A stretch of 39,861 bases of DNA from Macrostomum lignano (taxonomy: Eukaryota). A program made the position numbers and the translations under genes. The notes under the pieces are model-generated. The model was given only the letters and a program-made list of their open reading frames with translations, ran no database searches and was not told the origin of the DNA. The stretch spans positions 1 through 39,861 of the forward strand of contig NIVC01001495.1 in the NCBI GenBank assembly GCA_002269645.1, read 5' to 3'. Below are positions 32,865 through 39,861 of the stretch, in pieces. The number at the start of each line of letters is the position of its first letter. The stretch's first letter is position 1.

Positions 32865-35800
32865 TTGCAACGACACTTCCAGCTCAGAGATCCAGTGACC
32901 TGAGTGCATGGGAAGTACTCCTCCGTTGAGTAGCATTGGCCGTCGTAACCAAGACACTTTCTGGACACGACTTCGATTCCACTGTTGGTGCACTTGAACT
33001 CGGAACACTCCTCTTGCCATGTGCTTCCAACTGCTCGCAACTGTTTGTCTTCGGTCTTGCAGTACTTGATTGTTGCTGTCTGCAGCTGGCAGAGTCCGCG
33101 AACCTTGACAAAGCCCTCTGGACAGTTGATCAGCGGATAGATTCTCTTGTAGATTAGCTTGTAGATGGTGTTAATGTCAGCGGATCTGATTACGGTTACG
33201 TAGTGGCTGATTTCATCGCGGGAATACAGCGGGCTCCAGTCGGACGGCTCTCGTGCCGGTGTCAGCTGGACAGTGAAAAACTTTCCGGTCGACTTGAAAT
33301 TGTCAGACAGTCTCTTAATCGCTGGCAGGTTGGTGTCGCCCGGCTTAATGTTCGAACCAGTGATGAGGAACACGATCGGCGTGCTTCCGTTTCTGGCCTT
33401 TGCATGCTCCCGATTTGCCTTCTTCATTCCGTCGAGAAGGTTTGCCTTTCCTCCAGGGAAGTTAAGCGCCTTGATCTTGTCATCGATTCCAGACAGGTCA
33501 GCTTGGCTAAATTTGATATCCGCACCTCCCCTTTTGCCCATAATAATGGCCGATGCACGCACGCTCAGACCCTTCAACTCATTGGCTTTAAACTTATTGA
33601 GCAGGCGGGTCAAGAAATCCTTGATGTCCTTCTCAGATGACTTCAGCTTGTCGCTACCATCAATGGTGAAGATAAAATCAACCTTTCGTTGAGACATTCC
33701 CTTCTTCTCATCTGGCACGCACCCTCTTCCAGCCTTGTGCACCCAGTTGCTGCCAAGTTTGCACTGGCATTCATAGCCTGGCTTCTTGTTTACACATGTG
33801 GCAGATGCGTCGCAGAGTTTGCTGTCCTCAGCGCACTCGTCAATGTCAATGCACTTGTTGCTTTCGTAGCGATAGCCGGAGTCACAGCTGCAGTTGTAAG
33901 AACCAGCCGTGTTGATGCACTTCGAACCGCCCTTGCAGTTATGCGATCCAGCTGCGCACTCATCGATATCCTTGCAGCCGAGACCGGTTTTGTAAGTGTA
34001 ACCCTCGTCGCAGGTACACTTGAACGAGCCAAGTGTATTGATGCACTTTCCGGAACCAGCGCAAGGATCTTTTCCCTTGCATTCGTCGATGTCAACGCAA
34101 CCAAAGTATTTGTTGTACTCGAAACCAGTCTTGCACTTGCACTTGAAGCTGCCTGGTGTATTGACGCAAGTAGCACTATCACCCAAGCACGGATTCTCTT
34201 TGCATTCGTTGATGTCAACACACTTGCCCTTTGCCTTATCAAAGCGGTAGCCATTGTCGCATTTCGGTTTGCTTGGGCACTTCTCCTTCTTCAGAGACAC
34301 ACATCCACGGGATCTGTCATGTCGGAAGCCTTCGCGGCAGAGGCAGATGAAGCTGCCTGGCAAATTGACGCAGGTGCTGTCAGAATGGCATGGTGGTACC
34401 TTTGCTGCGCACTCGTTCACATCTATACAGCGTTTGCCTTGTCGTTTATATCCAGAAGTACAGCCAGCTGTCTTTTCCAGCTCCTTGGTGATCTTCGGGA
34501 TTGCAAGATACGGTGGCACTCGTGCTGGGATAACTGACAATCCACCAATAGCCGTGTCGGTCTTTCCTGGTTTTGTTGGTGGGAGAGTGACAGCAACCAC
34601 GTGGACGTTAGCTTTTTTCAGCGAATCTAGTTCGCTCTTGACAACACTTTCCGATGACGCTGGAACTTTGCTCTTCTTCAATAACAGAATATACTTTGGA
34701 ACCGCTGGTCTTGCGCCTCCCATTGGGTTCATCATCACCTTGTTGGCAACCCGGAGAGCGGCATCCAAGTTATCAGCTGATCCTCCTGGTTTCTTCATTT
34801 TTCTGACGAATGCCATGAAGTCAGCTTTTCCGGGGCGCTGGTTAAACAGACTTACAGTTGGGCTTGTTCTGCCGAACACTGCAATTGCTGGTCGTACAGA
34901 GTTAGAAGACAGTCTGTACTTTGTAAGAAGCTTGATGATCAAGTTCTTCAGTGTTTCAAACTCATCTGAACTGACGTCATCTGTTCCGTCGACAACGAAG
35001 GCCAGATCAAGTGGCACTGTTTTGCCGCAGATTCTTTCGGGGACGCACTTCTTTCCATTGAGTACGTAGCCTTCTTTGCAGGCGCAGCCTTCTCGGGATG
35101 GCAGACGGCACTTTCTTCGTCGACCTAGATCGGCGCATGTTCTTGGGCAGCCACTTGTTTTTCTTCTGAATACAGAATTGGCACCGCACTTCAATGGACA
35201 GAACCGGCGTTTTCTCCAGCTCACTCGGAATCCCTTGGCCAGGCAAGCGTTGTAAAGAGTTTCCAGGGACTCGCACACAGCCTTTCGGCGATTTTTAGCT
35301 TTTCGGTACTGACAAACGTCAAACTTGCAGCTCTTATAGATCTTGGTATAATCAACTTTTCCGGATTTCAAGCAAGCTCTGAATGGCCCCTTCTTGTTTG
35401 AAATAAGGCCACAGAATCTGCTAGATTTGATCTTTCGCTTCATTGATTTTGAGCATTTTGATGTTGATGCAGGTTTGACTTTGCATCGCGAGCTCTTTGT
35501 GGAACGGTCAGCGACAAGATAGGATTGTCCGATCTGCACGAATCCCTTTGAACCAAGCTTGGAGACATCCTTTCCACTTCTGGTTTTCAAATCATCCTTA
35601 GGATTTCCGTTGCAATTTCCACAGATGCCCTGAACCTTTCCAGCGAACCGGGATTTTGGAAGGTGCAGTTCGGCCACTGATCTGCCATTGAACTCAAGAT
35701 ACAAGCCGCAGTACTTTGATTCAACAACAACATTATTTCCACTACGGTAAACTCGAAGCTTCTTGCCTCTCTTGTAGAGCGAAACAGGTAGCCTTCGAAC

Positions 35801-37179
35801 TCTCTTGCCGTTGAAGAAGACACGACGTTTCTGGTGCAAGCGGATAGACAATCCATGAATGTTAATGTCAACGAATTTTGTCCAGCTGACTCTTCGTCTC
35901 TTTCCACGAACTTCATTCTTTGCTGCAACAGAGAAGTTGCACCTAGAAGATTTTCGTAGTTTGGACTTGGCCAACAGATACTTGCATTTTCCCATGAAGT
36001 GGATCCATTTTCCATCAAATGTACGGTAGTGTGGATCGCCCATGGATATGCAGGTGCAGAGCTTTCTCTTCTTAGGATTGCAGGTGCCACAGGACGCTGG
36101 ACACAAGTACTTAACCAGCTTTTTTGAGCACCGTTTCTTTCTAGCCCAACCCTTGCAAGCGAATGTCCTATCGTAGCAGCCCTTCAATGCTTTTCTGCAG
36201 CGACCCTTAATAAACATAGACTTGGCGGGGCATTTCTTGGGCACACAAGCTGCATAAGATTTCGACCCCTTTCTTACTGTTTTCTTGTTGTAATTCTTTG
36301 GGCAGTTCTTGACGCAACGCTTTCCAAGCTTATATGTTCCTTTCCTGCAGGCAGATGAGGCACAGTATCTTCGAACACCTCGTCTAGCCCTGAAGTATCG
36401 TCTCCTGTATCCTGAAGGACAGCGCTTCACGCAGCGTCCGCCAAGTCTAAACAGTCTGCGCTTACAAGCTTTCGGAGCGCAGTACTTGAAGATGTATGAC
36501 CTAGAATACCTGATAGATTTTCCAGCAAAGCCACTCGGACAGCGCGGCACGCATCGTCCACTTGAGAAAAATCGGCCTCGTGAGCATGCGTCTCTGGCGC
36601 ACATTCTGTACAGTCGTCCTCCGATCTTCTTGCTCAAAACCCTATAATTTTTAGGGCAACGCCGCTGACATCGTTTGCCAAAGCCAACTAATCCAGCCTT
36701 GCAGAAAGGCATAGAAGGAACACATGATGCTCGTTTGCGCCCAGATACTCGTCTAATTCGGCATTTAAATCCTCGTCGGCACCTCATCCGGGCACACGGG
36801 TTTTTATTAGCACAAACAGCCACTTGCCGATCTTTGCGCCCTGGAAGAGTCTTTACAATGCACCTCTGGTTTCTTGAACAGGAGACCTTTGAGCAGAGAT
36901 TGCGTCGGCATACAGCATAGCGTCTGATGAACTTCGATCGCCTGTAGCGGAATCTGAGGCGATATACTTTCTTTTCATATCTGCTTGGGCAACGCTTAAC
37001 GCATCGTGTGCTATATCTGGCCATGGGATACCTGCACAGTTTCCTCGTGCAGAGTCTCACTTTGTATGCCATTCTGCGGCCCTTGTGCATTCTGAAACGC
37101 TTCGAAGAGCGTTTAATGTAGCCGCGTGGACACTTTCGAACGCATCTGCGCCTGTGACGATAGGTTCCGGCTTTGCAGT
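32865..37179 (-). CDS. Large cationic adhesive/mucin-like gene, 4.3-kb exon: K/R Cys-rich repeats, ShKT, vWD, C8, TIL, vWA, 5 Ca-binding EGF, vWA, vWC-like
   Basis: Contains ORF 32861..37090 (1409 aa) with CISMGDPHYRTFDG (vWD), CGLI...GPF..C...C.FDVC (C8), CGANSVF...GCPRTC (TIL), LDLAFVVDG and VDFIFTIDG (vWA) and five D(I/V)(N/D)EC EGF repeats; acceptor CTGCAG|, donor AA|GTAAG. Confidence 0.95.
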
Positions 37180-37266
37180 CTGCAGGGAAATGGGAAATTC
37201 AGAAGTCGATTTAAAAAACTTAAATAACAGTCATGCATCTTAAGCACAGAATATGTTCTTTCTTAC

Positions 37267-37530
37267 ATCGTGGAACACAGACGGGCTTTCGTACAGTTCG
37301 ACGAACTGCTCGCTTTCCGGCCCTGAAAACTCTCGTTCTTCGGCTGATGATGCACATCTTTGTCTTGCCGCAGCGACGGCGGCGACAAAGGACTGTCAGC
37401 TTTGTTGGCAGGCAGAATCCAAGTCTTCGCCCGCGAACAGTTCTGGACCGTCTGTAGTAACCGGATGGGCAACGGCGGAAGCAGCGACCAAAGGCAAGTG
37501 CAGTTGGATATCTGCAGCTCTTCTGTCTCA
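37267..37530 (-). CDS. Cationic gene exon, K/R-rich CxxxCPxG repeat
   Basis: 264 bp, phase 1-1; RQKSCRYPTALAFGRCFRRCPSGYYRRSR... Confidence 0.85.
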
Positions 37531-37620
37531 CTGAAGAAATATAGGTTGTTATAGTTAATTTTTATTATGCTTGCTACGCCTTTACTTGCTTATCCGAAGG
37601 ACAAAAAGCTAAAAAAATAC

Positions 37621-37707
37621 CTGGTCTGCAGACCTTAGTTGGTCGGATTGACCTGCCCTTAGCACTTCGCTTGAGACGATACACTATTCGGTATCCTGAT
37701 GGGCATT
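37621..37707 (-). CDS. Cationic gene exon
   Basis: 87 bp, phase 1-1; KCPSGYRIVYRLKRSAKGRSIRPTKVCRP. Confidence 0.8.
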
Positions 37708-37788
37708 CTACAATAGAGAAAATAATGAAATATTTATTGACAGTTATTAAAGGTTGTCTCGGTTAAGCATCAGGGCTAGCCAACTTAC

Positions 37789-37926
37789 TAGTTTTCCGGG
37801 CGCAGCTGGTGATGGAAACAAGCTTTCTTGATCGTCTGGAATACACTCGATATCTTCGCTTTCTGTAGCCTGCTGGACACCGCGAGATGCACGAATTTCT
37901 GAACGCGAATCTTCCTCTGGGGCAAT
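37789..37926 (-). CDS. Cationic gene exon
   Basis: 138 bp, phase 1-1; DCPRGRFAFRNSCISRCPAGYRKRRYRVYSRRSRKLVSITSCARKT. Confidence 0.85.
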
Positions 37927-38018
37927 CTGAAATGTTTAAATCGATGCTTGTAAGTGAAACTGGAGATATTCCATTAGCATACTGTTAAATCAGGCACTTT
38001 ATTAAATTTAACTCGCAC

Positions 38019-38117
38019 CTTTCCTGCAGAACTTGATAAACCTGAATCTTCTTGCTGTGTATCCACGTGGGCACCTTCTGACGCATTTGCTTCGGAAAGC
38101 AAACTTTCTACCGCATT
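38019..38117 (-). CDS. Cationic gene exon
   Basis: 99 bp, phase 1-1; KCGRKFAFRSKCVRRCPRGYTARRFRFIKFCRK. Confidence 0.85.
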
Positions 38118-38209
38118 CTGAAAGTTTGTATGCAAATTAGCTTTTTAGACACTATTTTCTAGAAAATATAGAATTCTCTCTATTCAATCAGATGAAATCA
38201 CGGCCTTAC

Positions 38210-38943
38210 TTGGCTTGCATGTGCGGACAACTTTTCTTGATCGTCTAACCAACAATGTCCTCATTCCTCTTGGGCACTGCTTTCTGCACTTGGCGTGGAA
38301 CAAGAACAATCCCTTGGCACAGCTTTCCCTGGCTCTCTTGCACAGTCTTAGCACTCTGCGCACCCTCCTTCCGCCTCTATTAAATCGTACGACACGTCTT
38401 CTCAGCACGTAACCAGTTTTGCAAGGCTTGCTTGCACTGACACATCTTGACCTGTAGCGACTCCGTGACCGTCTGTAAACGAGCACTTGTCCCTTCTTGC
38501 AGCTTCTAATAGGCCTGCAGTATCGGACTGGCGCTCTTCTCGCCCGCTTGTAGACGCGACCGGTGTATTTTTTCGGGCATTTCTTGACGCAACGCCTTCT
38601 GAACCTGAAAGTTCCTTTCTTGCATCTGAAAGGCACTCGTCTACAGCGACCTCCTCTGGCCTTGAAGCCTCTTGGCATCGCTTCACACAACGCCTGCGGA
38701 GTCGGAACAGGCCGTCTTTGCAGCTCTTTCTGACAGCTCTACAGCGACCTCTTCGAGCACGGAATCCTTTGGGACAGGACTTTCTGCATGTTATTCCCAG
38801 ACGGTACATGCCCTTTGGACAGCGTGTAGGCTTGCAAGAGCCCCGCGACCTAACAACTGTGTAGGTCCTTGGGCAGGCTCGAACGCAAGATCTAGCACCA
38901 CTCGGCTTGATTAGCAGCAGCCTACCAGACGGGCAGAGGCGAG
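38210..38943 (-). CDS. Cationic gene exon (one base missing near 38674)
   Basis: 734 bp, expected 735 for phase 1-1; ORFs 38402..38809 and 38184..38690 join as ...RRCVKRC-PRGFKARGGRC... Confidence 0.85.
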
Positions 38944-39034
38944 CTAAGATGGAATGAAAAAAAAGATGTTTGTAAGTTGGTCATTGCGCTTTGCAATTAA
39001 TTAATCCCTCATTCAACCCTTTAATCAGACTTAC

Positions 39035-39232
39035 GCGTGCGAACGCACGATCCTCGAATGTTGTGAGTTCCAGAAGGACATTTGGTAACGATGCAGACTC
39101 CTCTGTACATCTTTCCGTTTCGGCAGACGTATTTTCGTACGCAGCTTCGTCTCTTTCTTCGGAAGCCAAGAGGGCACGTTTTGAGACAGAGTCTTCTGAA
39201 TCTAAGCAGACCTTTTTTGCAGTGCTTGATTC
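39035..39232 (-). CDS. Cationic gene exon
   Basis: 198 bp, phase 1-1; RIKHCKKGLLRFRRLCLKTCPLGFRRKRRSCVRKYVCRNGKMYRGVCIVTKCPSGTHNIRGSCVRT. Confidence 0.85.
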
Positions 39233-39353
39233 CTGGAACATAATCGATGTATATAAGAGATTTGAAATGTTTTGATTTAGCAATTGAATAGCGTATATCG
39301 AATTAGCGGTTACAGCTAAGAGAAGCATAGCCGAATCAAAGAGAAATACTCAC

Positions 39354-39455
39354 TGACACACGATCGTCTAGCAAAGCTTCGATAGTGACCAGGCGGGCAC
39401 CTCACCAGGCATCGCTTTCCGTAGGCGAAGCGACCAAAGCGGCATTTGCTTCTCT
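39354..39455 (-). CDS. Cationic gene exon
   Basis: 102 bp, phase 1-1; KRSKCRFGRFAYGKRCLVRCPPGHYRSFARRSCV. Confidence 0.85.
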
Positions 39456-39536
39456 CTAAAATTTTAGATGTGTGGAATAACTTTTATGACGTTGAAAGGG
39501 TTAAATCATGCTACATTGAACAGGCAAATAACTTAC

Positions 39537-39861
39537 TGAAACAGTACGATCCTCGTCGCTTTGTTCCAGCTGGACAGCCCTTCATGCAGGTGCCTCGGTA
39601 CCTGTATGTTCCCTTGCGGCAGGCGGAGTACGCGCATTGTTTGCCTCTTGGTGAAACCGGCTGGACAATTTCTGAGGCAGAGCGCGCGGCCAAGCCTAAC
39701 GTAGGCCTTGGGACACGAGATGTGAAACTCTTCGGCACTTTCGTCGAATTCCAATGTAGCCGACTGGGCACTTTCTCACACAGGACCGGCCAATGCGGAA
39801 CTTGTTGTAGCAGTATGCCCGGATGCATCTCTGTCTGCGGAATCCCACTCTCATGAAGCCC
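39537..39861 (-). CDS. Cationic gene exon, partial (continues beyond window end; two frame breaks)
   Basis: Segments GFMRVGFRRQRCIRAYC...CVRKCPVGY / ISCPKAYVRLGRALCLRNCPAGF / CAYSACRKGTYRYRGTCMKGCPAGTKRRGSYCF lie in three successive frames; donor A|GTAAGT. Confidence 0.78.

Noticed and set aside
32884-36920. Many overlapping ORFs on both strands (e.g. 33689..34537, 34254..35069)
   Set aside because: Shadow frames of the 4.3-kb exon with no independent domain signal.
38981-39328. Acidic ORF (SEDSVSKRALLASEERDE...) suggesting a polyanionic partner inside the cationic gene
   Set aside because: It is an alternative frame of the 39035-39232 exon; splice phases select the K/R-Cys frame.

Overview
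Eukaryotic (animal) genomic DNA with GC3-rich spliced exons, AT-rich TE-filled introns and many intronic minisatellites. The overall character and the large adhesive-type gene suggest a free-living flatworm such as Macrostomum (inference, not verified). Five host genes can be reconstructed by hand: (1) the first coding exon of a TBX2/3-type T-box gene (minus strand), followed by an intron holding a 4.5-kb 30-bp satellite; (2) a complete 3-exon GPI-anchored Ly6/uPAR gene resembling Drosophila crooked; (3) head-to-head with it, a complete 3-exon DEDD homologue; (4) an unassigned single-pass membrane protein; (5) the 3' part (11 exons) of a very large, extremely K/R-rich, Cys-rich, probably secreted protein with ShKT-vWD-C8-TIL-vWA-5xEGF-vWA-vWC-like-FN2 architecture. 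Mobile DNA comprises a full-length mariner with a mutated catalytic Asp, a nested MULE-in-MULE with PHD and transposase remnants, a Sola-like non-autonomous element, two 5'-truncated LINEs and MITE-like foldbacks. All five host genes contain small frame breaks, mostly at G/C runs, most likely long-read consensus errors. No CRISPR or RNA genes were found. All coordinates and translations were derived by eye.
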